Part shown: positions 11,001-21,880 of the stretch, piece after piece
Numbering within the stretch: the first letter of the stretch is position 1
How the letters are laid out: each line of letters starts with the position of its first letter
Virus record (IMG/VR): IMGVR_UViG_3300029258_005404
Reading direction: 5' to 3' (one strand)
Length of the DNA: 64,000 bases
From: a virus
Translations under genes and position numbers: made by a program
Notes under the pieces: model-generated
The model's database searches: none
What the model saw: the letters and a program-made list of their open reading frames with translations, nothing else
What the model was told of the DNA's origin: nothing

Positions 11001-14000
11001 ACAAATTTACAGTTATTGGCCCTATAAAGTCTCAATGAATCTTTATTGCCGGTTGTATCTCCCGCAATACTTATACCATCAATAATTGTATTATCAACAT
11101 ATAAACTTATAGCATGCCTTGTTCCAAGCGATCTAATCTGCGCAAGATGGCTTGCTGTGATAAAATTTCCACCATGAGCCTGAGACACATTGCATTCAGT
11201 TCTCATATTACTTGGGGTAAATAATCTTAAATAATTATTCTCATCAGTATCAAAACCCCTTATAATAGTGGCATTTTGATATTGCTCGTGTCTATACATG
11301 GAAATGTTTAATCTGTATCTGGCGGTTCTCAAATAATTAAATGGATTATTGTTATCTCCGATAAATTGCTGAACACTTTCAGAATCAGTATCATCAAATA
11401 AATACCACATTTCTCTTGTAAGCGCTCTTCGAATTGAGTTTAAATCAGTTTCATCACTCGTATTTTCTGGAATGGATCCAAATTTATCACGGACCTCCCA
11501 AGAAGTATCAGATATTTTTTGATACAGATAACAAATTTTATTATCAATATCATAATCAACTTTATCACCTATACCCATTTTATCGTGATTTTGTGGTTGA
11601 GAAAAAGACATTACGCCATCTAATATTTCAAGATATGGACTTGTTCCTTTTCTAAAATTTTCAGTATCATTACGAGCTGCTGAAAAATAGAGATCAATAG
11701 TTTCCATATTAATAAAAGAATCTGCACCAATTGACCATTCGTCGCCACCAAGAAGTTCATTATCGATATCTCTATAAAAAGAATAATATTCGTAATTTCC
11801 TGATTCATATATAAATTGATACAGCTCGCTCAATTTTATTCCACGGTTTATTGCATGCCAATCATTACGATTTAAATGAAAATCCTTTCCAGATTTATCA
11901 ATAAAATTGAGATTAACATTTGACATACATTCATTATCTGTCCCGGCAGTACTGTCACTACTTATACATGCTTTTGGTGTTGCTGAGCCGCTGAAACAAG
12001 TAGTTTGATCCTGACAAATATTGGCTACATTTTCATCAGTTGCATTTGTTACTATAATACCATTGACTGATGCGCCAACAGCAGTATTATTGAATGCACT
12101 TCCACCATTTACTTCTATATTTGTACCGGTTTGATCATAAAGAATATTTCCATAAGCTCTGTTTCCACATCCGGCAGCGCCTTGGAGTTGTATTCCAATT
12201 AAACCAAGTCTTATTACATTATTTTCAACAATAATACCGTCTCTACCAGAATTAGTACCAATTCCAATTCCTGATATGTGTGGGGGCTCTATAGCCAACC
12301 CTCTCACTATGACATGATTAGTACTAATTATATTAATCACAGTTCCAGAAGAGCCATTTGGCTCATCATCTGAAATTATACGATAACCGTCCCAAATACC
12401 AGTATGCATCTGTTGAGACATGCATTGTGTTTTTGTATCCCATGGCGCTTCTATATAAATGCGATAAAAAGCTGACGTGGACCATGTATCAATAACAACA
12501 TCAGCGACATCATCAATATCATCATTATAACACCATACTTTCAAATCAAGGGCATCAGATACAATGTCTTTATCACTTATATCTGAAAATTCGGTAATAA
12601 TATCTGTGATGAAAGCAGATTCTAAACTATTAGAAACACGAGTTATATCAGTAACATTTTTTGTTGTGAGATTATTTATCTGATTTCCACTATCGTCAAC
12701 AACACACCAACGATGCTCAGTCCCCTTCTCAGCAAGATAGCAATAAGCCGGGCCGCCATCATCATACTGGACCTTATCACCAACACCAATCTGACTGCTT
12801 ATATCATTAGCACTAAGCTCGGCTATCCCGTTCTCTATTGTAATAGTGCGGTTTGTTGGGAATTCATCAAGGTTGCCTGATTCAACCCCAACCGAGCAAT
12901 GTATTGTCTTCTTTCTGAATTTCCATGTATTTGCACCAATTGCCCATCGTTGGTATATTGCATATTCAGTGCCGACATTATCATATTCAATCTGAAAATT
13001 TTCATCAGAAGCAAGGTTAATTCCTTCCATCCGCTCAAGGTCATAAAGTGTTATTCTGTAATCTTCTGCTGAAGTATTTATAAATCTTGGAAACAATGTA
13101 TCTATATTATTTGATCCATAGAAGTTTAATATTGAAGTGTCGTCCGACCAATTATTCTCAGCAAGAATTGTTAGTGGGAATACATGTGTGGAATAGTAAT
13201 TTGCAAGTTCACAGTTAGAAATATCATTGTTTCTTATTACAGCAATATTAGTTGCCCAATCCTGCTCAACAAGAGTTTCTATATAAATTCCACGTTGACA
13301 TTCAGTTATTGTATTTTGATACAGATAGTATCTTGCGGCAAGATCAGCCTCACTATATTCGAGAAGTGTAACAGCATCTTCCATTCTTGTTTCGGTAAGA
13401 GCTGCAACAGGATTTGAGCCATCAGCAGTTATTACTCCCCATGGTGTTCCAAACAAGTTTCCGCTCGCTAGGACATCTCCAATACTTGAACCTGAATCTG
13501 CAGTGATAACAACCCTTCCCGGAAACCACTCTATTTTATCCACAGATCCTGAAACTACTGTAACTGTATATTTTTTAAATATATGGGCATGCCCGAACAT
13601 TGATGTGATAACAAAACCATTATCAGCCGGTGTTCCAAACTTAGCTTCAAAATATGTCTCAAATGCTGAGCCGTGCTGAATCTCTATACCATTCCTTCCA
13701 CACCGATAAATAGTGTTCTTTGCAATAAAATTTTCGTTTGATTTTTCTTTTCCAGTTACAGTAATACCATTGTCTTGGCAGTCTTTTATCAGATTGTTTT
13801 CAATAATAGTGTTCTTTGCCCCATCAATCAGAATGCCTTGGATAGAAGAAGATACCTGCACCCCTTTAACAGTACAGAAATCTGCACCGGTCCCAAAAAT
13901 AATTCCGCTACCGCCCCTGTCTCCATATATTGAATGCGGTTCGTTTATTGGAAAATCAGATGTACTTGATAAATAATTGAGATGCCCCCATTTACCATTG

Positions 14001-15805
14001 TGTTTTCTATTCTGATTTGATTCGATATATTCAGAATTTGATAAATCGGGAGCAAACACATCAACATGCCGATGTCTATCACAGTTATATCCATTAAGTT
14101 CAACTGATCTCGATGTTATACCAGCAGCGCAGACAATTTTTACATTAATATCTGCTGTTACTAAATCAATTGTCCCAAGCTGATTTACGAGATATTTACT
14201 ATCTATTGTGTCTGTCAATATCTTATGAATACTGTCTGAATTGTGTTGTATACTGGTAATTGTAACAGGACCTGCTACATCTCCTGGAATTGTTCCATCG
14301 TTCTGAGTAACCTCCCATTCGGTATCCGATATTTTTCTTTTTAAAAGATGTGAGGTTCCGGCATCGTTAACCTGGCACCCCGCGGTTAACAACTCATTGG
14401 TTTGAGCAACACTAAATGTCATAACAGAATCAGTAACTGAATATGTCGGCGATCCTGATTTAATATCACCAGATGGGCCAACACTGTATGCCACTTCAGG
14501 AGTTTTATGAAATGGACCAATACACCAAGAGCTATCTATCTCTTCACAATTAATATCAAAACAAAATGCATATCTGGAATCAGCAGATAAATCAATACCG
14601 GCCCCGCTTGTATAAACATCAGTATCGCTAATATGTGGGCGGAAATCTTTATTAGTTGCATCTTCAAATTTAAGAGTGGCAGTGATACATCCAGATCCAG
14701 TTGCAGATCCATCTTTGGTAATACAATTTTTGACATTTGTATATCCTGCGCTATTATCTTCAATATCGTTACCAGACGTTAACCCACTATCCTGAACAAT
14801 ATTATTATAAATTTGATGACGAGTGTTTCCGCTAAACATAATTCCATTGAATTGAGAATCCTTAACAAGATTATTATAACAAGCCCCACCAATTGTTTGT
14901 GCATCATTCAACATTATTCCGTGGCCACAATTTCTGACTATATTATTTGCGATAACAAATTCATCAGCCTCCGGAGTATCAACCTCAATTCCTTTATTAC
15001 AATTGAATATAACATTATCAAGTATTTGTGTATAATCGTTATCATTATATATCATTATTCCATAACCAGGATTGTATCCATTATCACCAATCACAAGACC
15101 TTCGATAATGTTATGGGTACCAAGCATATCAATAACATATGATGATGATGCTATCCTATATCCACCAAGATCTGATCTTCCATTTTTATGACGCTGCTTT
15201 TTATTACATTCTGTCGATATATTCGTAGGAGTATAGATTTTAACTCGATAAAATTCATTAACACCCCATAGTCCTGAAATAGTAAGGGTATTGGAGCCTA
15301 TATCATCATACATTTCATAGCATGCTATTCGAAGCGTTGCTAACTTTGATACTAAGTCGTGTGTTCCTATAAGGTTATATACACCAGAAGTATCTCCATT
15401 TATTGCAGAGCGGACATCGTTAAATGTTTTATCAATTGAATCAACAGTGAGATTTACTTTGTCAATAGGAATATCACCGGCAGAATCGTGCACCCTCCAT
15501 TGCCTGGTATTGATTTTCTCATTTAGATATACGTAAAAAGGAGAACCATCGTCAAGCTCTACTTTATCACCAACCCCTATATATGGATGTATTTGTGGAA
15601 CTGAAAAAGTAAGAAGTCCATTTTTAATAGTTGCAGTAGGTAATACTCCAGATATAGTCTTAGTGACATATTCGTCTGCAGTTGAGGCAGCAGTGCCTAC
15701 AGAAAAAGTAATTGTAGACTTTTTCGGTCTTATTCCATAAACCGAATATGCAGAGCCTATAAATGGGTTTGCCGGAGAGTTAGCCGGCAAAAATGGATAA
15801 GACAT
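8012..15805 (-). CDS. Giant tailspike-like protein with five tandem right-handed beta-helix (pectate lyase-like) modules
   Basis: 2597 aa; five copies of SVG...IGVGDKV...W.V.D..G...IACY...QRH.G, each followed by N.I...GI beta-helix turns and a closing F.D...DFHL...WDIGA-type segment. Confidence 0.75.
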   Translation of the reverse strand: MSYPFLPANSPANPFIGSAYSVYGIRPKKSTITFSVGTAASTADEYVTKTISGVLPTATIKNGLLTFSVPQIHPYIGVGDKVELDDGSPFYVYLNEKINTRQWRVHDSAGDIPIDKVNLTVDSIDKTFNDVRSAINGDTSGVYNLIGTHDLVSKLATLRIACYEMYDDIGSNTLTISGLWGVNEFYRVKIYTPTNISTECNKKQRHKNGRSDLGGYRIASSSYVIDMLGTHNIIEGLVIGDNGYNPGYGIMIYNDNDYTQILDNVIFNCNKGIEVDTPEADEFVIANNIVRNCGHGIMLNDAQTIGGACYNNLVKDSQFNGIMFSGNTRHQIYNNIVQDSGLTSGNDIEDNSAGYTNVKNCITKDGSATGSGCITATLKFEDATNKDFRPHISDTDVYTSGAGIDLSADSRYAFCFDINCEEIDSSWCIGPFHKTPEVAYSVGPSGDIKSGSPTYSVTDSVMTFSVAQTNELLTAGCQVNDAGTSHLLKRKISDTEWEVTQNDGTIPGDVAGPVTITSIQHNSDSIHKILTDTIDSKYLVNQLGTIDLVTADINVKIVCAAGITSRSVELNGYNCDRHRHVDVFAPDLSNSEYIESNQNRKHNGKWGHLNYLSSTSDFPINEPHSIYGDRGGSGIIFGTGADFCTVKGVQVSSSIQGILIDGAKNTIIENNLIKDCQDNGITVTGKEKSNENFIAKNTIYRCGRNGIEIQHGSAFETYFEAKFGTPADNGFVITSMFGHAHIFKKYTVTVVSGSVDKIEWFPGRVVITADSGSSIGDVLASGNLFGTPWGVITADGSNPVAALTETRMEDAVTLLEYSEADLAARYYLYQNTITECQRGIYIETLVEQDWATNIAVIRNNDISNCELANYYSTHVFPLTILAENNWSDDTSILNFYGSNNIDTLFPRFINTSAEDYRITLYDLERMEGINLASDENFQIEYDNVGTEYAIYQRWAIGANTWKFRKKTIHCSVGVESGNLDEFPTNRTITIENGIAELSANDISSQIGVGDKVQYDDGGPAYCYLAEKGTEHRWCVVDDSGNQINNLTTKNVTDITRVSNSLESAFITDIITEFSDISDKDIVSDALDLKVWCYNDDIDDVADVVIDTWSTSAFYRIYIEAPWDTKTQCMSQQMHTGIWDGYRIISDDEPNGSSGTVINIISTNHVIVRGLAIEPPHISGIGIGTNSGRDGIIVENNVIRLGLIGIQLQGAAGCGNRAYGNILYDQTGTNIEVNGGSAFNNTAVGASVNGIIVTNATDENVANICQDQTTCFSGSATPKACISSDSTAGTDNECMSNVNLNFIDKSGKDFHLNRNDWHAINRGIKLSELYQFIYESGNYEYYSFYRDIDNELLGGDEWSIGADSFINMETIDLYFSAARNDTENFRKGTSPYLEILDGVMSFSQPQNHDKMGIGDKVDYDIDNKICYLYQKISDTSWEVRDKFGSIPENTSDETDLNSIRRALTREMWYLFDDTDSESVQQFIGDNNNPFNYLRTARYRLNISMYRHEQYQNATIIRGFDTDENNYLRLFTPSNMRTECNVSQAHGGNFITASHLAQIRSLGTRHAISLYVDNTIIDGISIAGDTTGNKDSLRLYRANNCKFVNNYFYLGDNGVVPNDMGHDDFTGDHFTGSIRNDIWVSNFYNNWELRNVSGLGYVAVPKWAQVGVKDELTDSGTLKSGDFDYEFGIRLGADDSIGQKLRFILEDSGGIKAECNWENGAFNFGGSSLNFPWKFNREYKVRLVRGGTITTEGLYVDDSGEDSTTSLYYLDDFNDGDGLGSKKWRKHPGTVVSWSGSHWIEVEGPKSHGFSYIDLWVASEPLPGGTKIVGRNSNNIYINNTAALLPVDGIVTSNTDILYNNTIDECGNYCYHNAPSDIMINNIGQRGTAGDYYDGTTAEYCIASDTSLIVNDENKNINSLTLTFIQKTGAAESRNYHLNLLYDDLAIWSAKHLLHNPDYPFDIDGGSTPRLRKWDRGSLEYQSKKVVYAIGDTSIDHQTKPLSVALTYNIIELNGKSYIDFYIPQTKLSMGIGSQIIDTGNPFSNGCIIIEKINETRWEVVDYQGNMILARSGTVFSINRIFNTLYEALDDSGIISTTYFDNTSLSNVGVYLILACYNEGIGRSVQQAINSSLMSFDKHHNLKITTPYNTITECNNSQRHDGLYDEGFRFEPEEFNESISSIYFFQAQYIEIEGLLINANGLNKDGINLFDCKDAYIGYNVIKDCQGNGIVIETGINPEDIIFNNLVYDCSKNGIMVKANLNPGFSSLQRINNNTVVNCLRAFYLEKADDDYSDGLSVELRNNIAQDSRYRDYVSTFENYFGRLALYNCISSDFSSWLFPGTGNIKEQYVKFIDRPDNYNLNKIRDGFAVDSAIDMSTDWLYSYIDDIGGRLRDLGDYDVGAFEVVDIIGTGELVTGPIEIDGVGFESMEYPLLIIHLRLDEANYLPYINPLYQFTGIEGVDPDYHINAFLASLPTTDNVIIYVQGGVTKSGTFELQNRNPRTVTIKTYPPEAHLGPASHIYVGPIADDISDQAMLTYDGMKVYSDASAAQGYLLNNTAATKALKFINSIVQVNKDSIIDNIADATICVINSILIYRNG

Positions 15806-15821
15806 TCATAACTCCAATTGA

Positions 15822-16379
15822 TTATGGGCCGGCGTAATATGGCTCTATTACACCTCTATGAGTAACTCGACTAGGGTCTGTTGCATAAGTCGTCCCGGTT
15901 CCACCTTCATATGCCGGAGCAGTAAATCTTCTATACGACTCTTCACCATGGTGACCTGGGGTATACCAGAAAAACCATGCCTGACCACCATTGATAACTA
16001 TTTCATAAGACATTCTCATTAATATATCATCAAGAGATTCATTATCAACAGCAAATTCAGTAATTTGAAACGGTTTAAGACTTTCCGGCTCAGATGTATT
16101 AGGGTATATTGTTCCTACATATTTATGCCTGTCTTGAAGAACGCCACTTATGTCAGCAACATCTATTGTCCAGTATTTTGATTGATTTTGATATGACATT
16201 GTGACCCCTTCTATCGATACAGGGGCATTGCTCATAAGATCCCATAATTTTAAATCTACCAATAATGATGATGTTTCCAATTCGTTAATTGGAGTTTGTG
16301 TACCATCTTCAATAACGTCATAATAAATAAAAGCCAAAACGCTATCTTCATTGAGATTTATTACTTGAGCATGTTTCAT
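15822..16379 (-). CDS. Hypothetical protein (virion operon)
   Basis: 185-aa ORF with GGAG RBS. Confidence 0.7.
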   Translation of the reverse strand: MKHAQVINLNEDSVLAFIYYDVIEDGTQTPINELETSSLLVDLKLWDLMSNAPVSIEGVTMSYQNQSKYWTIDVADISGVLQDRHKYVGTIYPNTSEPESLKPFQITEFAVDNESLDDILMRMSYEIVINGGQAWFFWYTPGHHGEESYRRFTAPAYEGGTGTTYATDPSRVTHRGVIEPYYAGP

Positions 16380-16388
16380 AAAAACTCC

Positions 16389-18089
16389 TTAAGTATTGCT
16401 GTGCATATATAGAGTAAATGACGCATGTCTATAAATACCTTTTAAACCGCCAACAGAAAACCCACTCGATGTTAATCCGGACGCAGTTGGTATACTGCAA
16501 ATAAACGATCCTGGTTCAGCTGTTGAAAGTTCAATTTCACCAACAAGTCTTTTTACGGCAGGTGACCCACCATCATTAAAAGGACATACTGCTGATGAAG
16601 GACCTGTGATATTGGATAATGATGCCGGGCGCCCATTTGAATAAAATGCATAAGATAAATTATTATTGTTAGATATTCCGTTACCAGCTTGTATCCAAAC
16701 ATCAACATGGCTACCAAGCCTTTGTGCCCCGGCATATACATCAAACGGTGTACCAACATCAGATACAGTTAATAAAAATCCGGAAACAACAGGCCGCTTT
16801 TCATACTGATAAAACGCGATATCCTGAAACATTACTATATCAACATCAGGTGGTGTTCCGGGCCCAGTTCTAACACTTCCAAGCCTTTGCCATTTGGTAA
16901 AACCACCTGCTACCACATTAGTAGATGCCATTAAATTTACTGCTGTTAATGATGTGTCAAACCCTACATCGGCGGCACCAGTTCCAGGGTTTGAAATAAC
17001 GAAAACCCAATATGTTGTATTTGCAGTAAGTGACACACCATCGGCCCTTCCGCCATTATCATCCCCTACAGTAAATCCCTGATCAAGATTTTTTGTTATA
17101 CTAGCATCAAGAGTTATTCTTTCTTCTTTTGTAGAATCTAAACACGTACCCTCTTTAACATGAAGCTTTTTAGACCCTCCAGACTCTAATGGAAATCTCC
17201 AGCTTAAATGTAAACCTTCAATAGGTGTATGCATTGTGCTTACAAATATTCTTCCACCGGTTGTTTCTTTATATTTACCTGACTCCATTGTTGCACCTGA
17301 AACTTCACCAGATGCTTCTATATCAGCACCATCGATATTACCAAACACAACACTTGAGCCTATTGATACAAGTTGGTCAAGTTCAGATACTGCATACCAT
17401 TTTGAAGTAGAAATAGCATCTTGAATATTAGCAATTTGAGACATCTGCCAACCAGAAATATTATCAGCAGCCTCCTGAAGCGAATCAACCAAAAGAGGCC
17501 CCACTCCTCCGTCAAGAGCATTTATCGCAAGATAGTCAACCAATTGTGTATAATTTTTTATAGAAGCCCAAACTGAAGTGTGGTCCTCTATCCATAAATC
17601 ATTAATAAACGCCGTATTATATCCTGCATATGATCCATATATATACCCCAACCATGAAGCATTTCCAACTTCAAACTTATAACCACTACTAATCTCCACA
17701 GTAGTACCTATAACAAGCTTGGGAAGGTGGTAGCTATAAGAAGATGTATTCGCGGTTAAATTTACCATTGGTCCGCCGGCGCTATTTAAATATAAAGAGC
17801 CATATTGCGTCGCAACTGATTGAAGAATTGCTGCATATCCACTGAAATCACTCGCCCATACATGAAGAGATCCGGCACCAATCACTGAAGATTCTACTAA
17901 TGCTATTCTATCAGTAATTCCAATAGTAAATGCAGAGCCATCAATAGATCCGGTCCCTCCAGTACCAGCATCATGAGGAACTGCAAAATGATCTGTATAC
18001 AATCCGTCTATCCAGTTTATTTCTCCACCAAATATTTTATTACCTGATATCGAATTGTCCAGTATTTCTCTTTGTACGAACGTATTCAT
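16389..18089 (-). CDS. Tail fibre-like protein
   Basis: 566 aa; C-terminal GTCLDST...ITL...KNLD...GGRADG...ANTTYWVFVI...DVGFDTS...WQRLGSV segment resembles phage tail fibre domains. Confidence 0.6.
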   Translation of the reverse strand: MNTFVQREILDNSISGNKIFGGEINWIDGLYTDHFAVPHDAGTGGTGSIDGSAFTIGITDRIALVESSVIGAGSLHVWASDFSGYAAILQSVATQYGSLYLNSAGGPMVNLTANTSSYSYHLPKLVIGTTVEISSGYKFEVGNASWLGYIYGSYAGYNTAFINDLWIEDHTSVWASIKNYTQLVDYLAINALDGGVGPLLVDSLQEAADNISGWQMSQIANIQDAISTSKWYAVSELDQLVSIGSSVVFGNIDGADIEASGEVSGATMESGKYKETTGGRIFVSTMHTPIEGLHLSWRFPLESGGSKKLHVKEGTCLDSTKEERITLDASITKNLDQGFTVGDDNGGRADGVSLTANTTYWVFVISNPGTGAADVGFDTSLTAVNLMASTNVVAGGFTKWQRLGSVRTGPGTPPDVDIVMFQDIAFYQYEKRPVVSGFLLTVSDVGTPFDVYAGAQRLGSHVDVWIQAGNGISNNNNLSYAFYSNGRPASLSNITGPSSAVCPFNDGGSPAVKRLVGEIELSTAEPGSFICSIPTASGLTSSGFSVGGLKGIYRHASFTLYMHSNT

Positions 18090-18097
18090 AACTACTC

Positions 18098-18505
18098 CTA
18101 ATTTTGACCTTGCCGCAATATAAGAGTCAAATTATTGAGTGTGATAACTCCAGACTCAGACCAGTCTCTTCTATTAAATCTTATATCTGAATTAGAACCA
18201 TACCCTCCAACCGTTCCAGAAAGTGCAGTTACTTGTCCTGGAATTGCAGGGTTTTCTCCATCAATAGAAAATTCAGCAACTCTTCCACTCGTAATAACAG
18301 ATGCTTTTAATGAATAACTGCCATCTAAAGCTTTGAATCTATATTGGGCATCAGAGCCAATAGATTCAAGTTCGTCAAATGGCATTTCTGCCAATGTGAT
18401 ACCAGAATCATCTTTGAAAACAATTAATTTAGGTGAAGATCCATGCTCCAAAGATATTTTTATTATCTCAAGCATCTCCGTTCTTATATCGATATAAACT
18501 TGCAT
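18098..18505 (-). CDS. Small virion structural protein (putative)
   Basis: 135 aa ending GTVGGYGSNSDIRF...VITLNNLTL; GGAC/GGAG-type RBS and operon context. Confidence 0.5.
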   Translation of the reverse strand: MQVYIDIRTEMLEIIKISLEHGSSPKLIVFKDDSGITLAEMPFDELESIGSDAQYRFKALDGSYSLKASVITSGRVAEFSIDGENPAIPGQVTALSGTVGGYGSNSDIRFNRRDWSESGVITLNNLTLILRQGQN

Positions 18506-18536
18506 ATTAAAAGTCCTTTATTATAACTTTAATATA

Positions 18537-21182
18537 CTATACGAGTTTCATAGAAGCACTTGGAAAATATTTACCAAATGTAGCACCAGGGACAATATAG
18601 GTAATCTCCAAAATATCAGATTCAAGATTGATTCCATTGAATCTCCTGAAATGATCAAAATCTACCCATCCCGGGAAAATCGCCTTATCAACAACAGAAA
18701 CGTTCCTTGCTATTATATCATATTGATTAAGTACATCGCCAACATCATAAACAGTATCTATCGGTGAATCAAGATATGCTTTGTAATATTTCTGAGTGCT
18801 AAGATATAAATGAATGAATTTATGTGTCGGCCACGAAAAGTGTGCAAATCCTGCACGTACGTTTTCAGTTGTAATACCAATATAATCATTATATACAGTG
18901 CCATCTACGTCAGAGCGCGCATACACAGTCAGTCTGACCACACCACCTGCCTCATCAGCATTTGTAACACGATATACACCATTGTAATTGTTTTCAAGAT
19001 TCTCAGTTCCGTATATTAATATTTCAGGATATTGCTCTCCGTCTGAGTTTGTCTGGAGGACATCAATGACGTGCTGAATAGCACCAGCCCCTTCAGGTAT
19101 ATATACATCAATATACCCAGGAGTAGATGTTGATAGATTTTCAGCATAAAAGTTTTTTATATAGAATCTATTATTTAATTTTACATAAAAAATGTCATTT
19201 ATGTCAATAGAGGATGCACTTTCAAGCTCTATTATTCCATTAGACCTATCGATAATATTTTTTATTTTTACCTCAGTTTTTCCTTCAACAAAAAATCTTC
19301 CGCCAGGCTGAATAAAATTATGCAATTCTTCATTATCAGGAATTTCTAAAGTAACATCATTTGTATCAATATTTATTACTTTGTACCCATAAGACTCATA
19401 CAAACCAAGAACATCTGATCGTTCCGGCGCAACTGGTAATCCATAATAAACATTCAATGCTCTTTCATAATCCTGTCTATTACTGGAATTTTGTAATGAT
19501 AATAATAGAGAGTTTATTCCGGCTTTTCCGGATATATTCGTGTAATTATAATCCTGCCATCTTGGCACGTTAACTACTGTACCATACATTTCAAAAAGCA
19601 TATGTTCAATTGCAGATGCTTTTGGGCAATATAAATAGGTATCAGGGGTAGCCTGCCCATTAGTAAATATATCATTGAAAAATTCTACAGTATTATTATA
19701 GAATCGATAATCTTGTCCATCAAAAAAAGGCACACCTAACTTTTGATCAAGAAAATTTTGAAGAGAAGGTAATGCATCAATATGTGAAAGAATATCATAT
19801 GTTCTTCCAGTTGTAAAATATATTGTAAATGACTCATTTCCTATATAAGATAAATCACCTTGAACTTCAATCATATAATTAAACAACGATAACGAATCAA
19901 CCCACTCCCCATATGTTAAATCGCCAACATCCCCATCAAATTCCGAATATCCTTCAAACCATTTCCACCTTTTACCATCAGGAGGATAATATCTTCCTTC
20001 ATTTTCTTCACGGTAGATATAATTAGGAAGATTTTTAAATTCAACAGCATCATCGAGCATCGTGCCCGATTCTATCATCATTGGAAATGTATCTTTGTTT
20101 TTAGGAGACCTATTTGTCACTACTGCCCATGCAGTAGGTGTTGCATTAACTATTGCCAATATGTCATCAATAGATTCAGCAGCAATCCTGTCAACTTCTA
20201 TAAGAAGACTGTTTGCTGCCCATGTTGCACTCGTGCCGCCACCATCATTATCAGTAACCAGAATTTCATATTCAGACACATCCTCAGTATAATCTTTTGC
20301 AGTAATTCCAATACGACCAACTGTGTCATCAAATTCAAAATGAACAGTTTCATTTATTTCTGCAAATGATGGTCTATCATATTTTTCTTCTGATGATAAA
20401 AGGTTATTAACCTTAAAATAACGATCTGCAATATCTTCTCTTTTAACTTGTACAATGACATAAGTATTAATAGCTATATTTCGCAATCTGTAATAATCAA
20501 CTGCAGAAATTTTAAATATATCACGATAAATAGGTTTTGTTTCAGAATCATATTCAGGTTCAATAAGTTTTACTTCAATTGGTCGCACTGTATAGTTCGG
20601 TGGTTTAATTGTAGGATCTAAATCAATTGGTTTTGAATGAAGCGGGCCAATAAGAATATCATAAAAATCTTCAAGCACACATGTCCATGCGTTTTCTGGA
20701 GCAGTTGTGCCAAGAAATCTTCTTGCTCTTTTTATTAAATCTGCGCCAGCCTGTGTTAATCCATTCCAAAAAGCCTCAAAAGATTCTCTATCAGAAGTTG
20801 AAAGGTAATTCCAGAATGTAGATAAATATTCCCAGAATGTTCTACCAGTTGTTTCTTCTTCTGCACATATAATATGAGTTCTTCTCGGTTCTATATCAGG
20901 ATTTGGAACAGGTACAAAAAAATAAAATGCACCAATACCATACCTTTCTTCGCCACCTATCCCTGTTGGGTATCCATTTGCTGATTGAAATGAATCTCCA
21001 CGCCCGGGATTTATAAAACCAAAATCTTCATATACAAAATTAAATTTATTGTATTCACTAGCATAAAATGGTCCAGGCACATTATTAGGAGCATCGGATT
21101 CAAATGAACAATTAACAAGTACTGAATTTGATAAATCAGAAGCAGGCCTATTTGTTTCAAGATTATTTATTGTAATGGTCAT
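18537..21182 (-). CDS. Putative baseplate wedge protein
   Basis: 881 aa, one operon with the baseplate J-like gene; product assigned from context only. Confidence 0.45.
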   Translation of the reverse strand: MTITINNLETNRPASDLSNSVLVNCSFESDAPNNVPGPFYASEYNKFNFVYEDFGFINPGRGDSFQSANGYPTGIGGEERYGIGAFYFFVPVPNPDIEPRRTHIICAEEETTGRTFWEYLSTFWNYLSTSDRESFEAFWNGLTQAGADLIKRARRFLGTTAPENAWTCVLEDFYDILIGPLHSKPIDLDPTIKPPNYTVRPIEVKLIEPEYDSETKPIYRDIFKISAVDYYRLRNIAINTYVIVQVKREDIADRYFKVNNLLSSEEKYDRPSFAEINETVHFEFDDTVGRIGITAKDYTEDVSEYEILVTDNDGGGTSATWAANSLLIEVDRIAAESIDDILAIVNATPTAWAVVTNRSPKNKDTFPMMIESGTMLDDAVEFKNLPNYIYREENEGRYYPPDGKRWKWFEGYSEFDGDVGDLTYGEWVDSLSLFNYMIEVQGDLSYIGNESFTIYFTTGRTYDILSHIDALPSLQNFLDQKLGVPFFDGQDYRFYNNTVEFFNDIFTNGQATPDTYLYCPKASAIEHMLFEMYGTVVNVPRWQDYNYTNISGKAGINSLLLSLQNSSNRQDYERALNVYYGLPVAPERSDVLGLYESYGYKVINIDTNDVTLEIPDNEELHNFIQPGGRFFVEGKTEVKIKNIIDRSNGIIELESASSIDINDIFYVKLNNRFYIKNFYAENLSTSTPGYIDVYIPEGAGAIQHVIDVLQTNSDGEQYPEILIYGTENLENNYNGVYRVTNADEAGGVVRLTVYARSDVDGTVYNDYIGITTENVRAGFAHFSWPTHKFIHLYLSTQKYYKAYLDSPIDTVYDVGDVLNQYDIIARNVSVVDKAIFPGWVDFDHFRRFNGINLESDILEITYIVPGATFGKYFPSASMKLV

Positions 21183-21880
21183 TATGACGGACTCACATCT
21201 TTTAAAAGATTTGCCTTAATTGAACCATCATTAAGTGATAAAGGGTTATTAGAACTAGAACCGAAATCAACTTCATTTGCCCACACTGAATATCCATAAT
21301 ATTTACTGATACAATTTTGGTGTGTGGAAAAATTTACATTTCCATTACGACAATAAATCATACAATTCTTCATTGCTATTGCCGGCCCAGAACTACTTAA
21401 TATTACGTCTGTCATTTTTACGGCAACAGGGCCTGGATTGTTTTGCAACAACCCAAAGCCCTCCACCGATAAATTATTTATATAATTATCAGATTCATTC
21501 TTTATGAATGTGAAAGAGGCCGAATCAATATCCCGGGTCTCTATTAACCAGATACCATGTTGAGTAAAGCTCCACGGCCTGACAGTAACTATACCTGGTA
21601 CGGTATTTTTTATATTAATCAAATATGCTCTTGTGACAAGATTGGCCACACCTTTTGTATTTATTATATCTCCGAATGTCGGTGAAATATTACATGGATC
21701 CCCATCAGTGGGATCAAAATAATTAACAAATTGCTCATAGTTAAATGGATCGCCCTCCGATCCATCTCCCAATCCTACACGACTTAAATCGCAATAGTAA
21801 TTGCCCGGTACAAACGGGTCCCCCTCATCCTTATAATAAGGAGATTGTCCATAATCATAGTTATTGCCGTATTGGGCCAT
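21182..21880 (-). CDS. Hypothetical structural protein
   Basis: 232 aa; stop/start overlaps with both neighbours (translational coupling). Confidence 0.65.
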   Translation of the reverse strand: MAQYGNNYDYGQSPYYKDEGDPFVPGNYYCDLSRVGLGDGSEGDPFNYEQFVNYFDPTDGDPCNISPTFGDIINTKGVANLVTRAYLINIKNTVPGIVTVRPWSFTQHGIWLIETRDIDSASFTFIKNESDNYINNLSVEGFGLLQNNPGPVAVKMTDVILSSSGPAIAMKNCMIYCRNGNVNFSTHQNCISKYYGYSVWANEVDFGSSSNNPLSLNDGSIKANLLKDVSPS

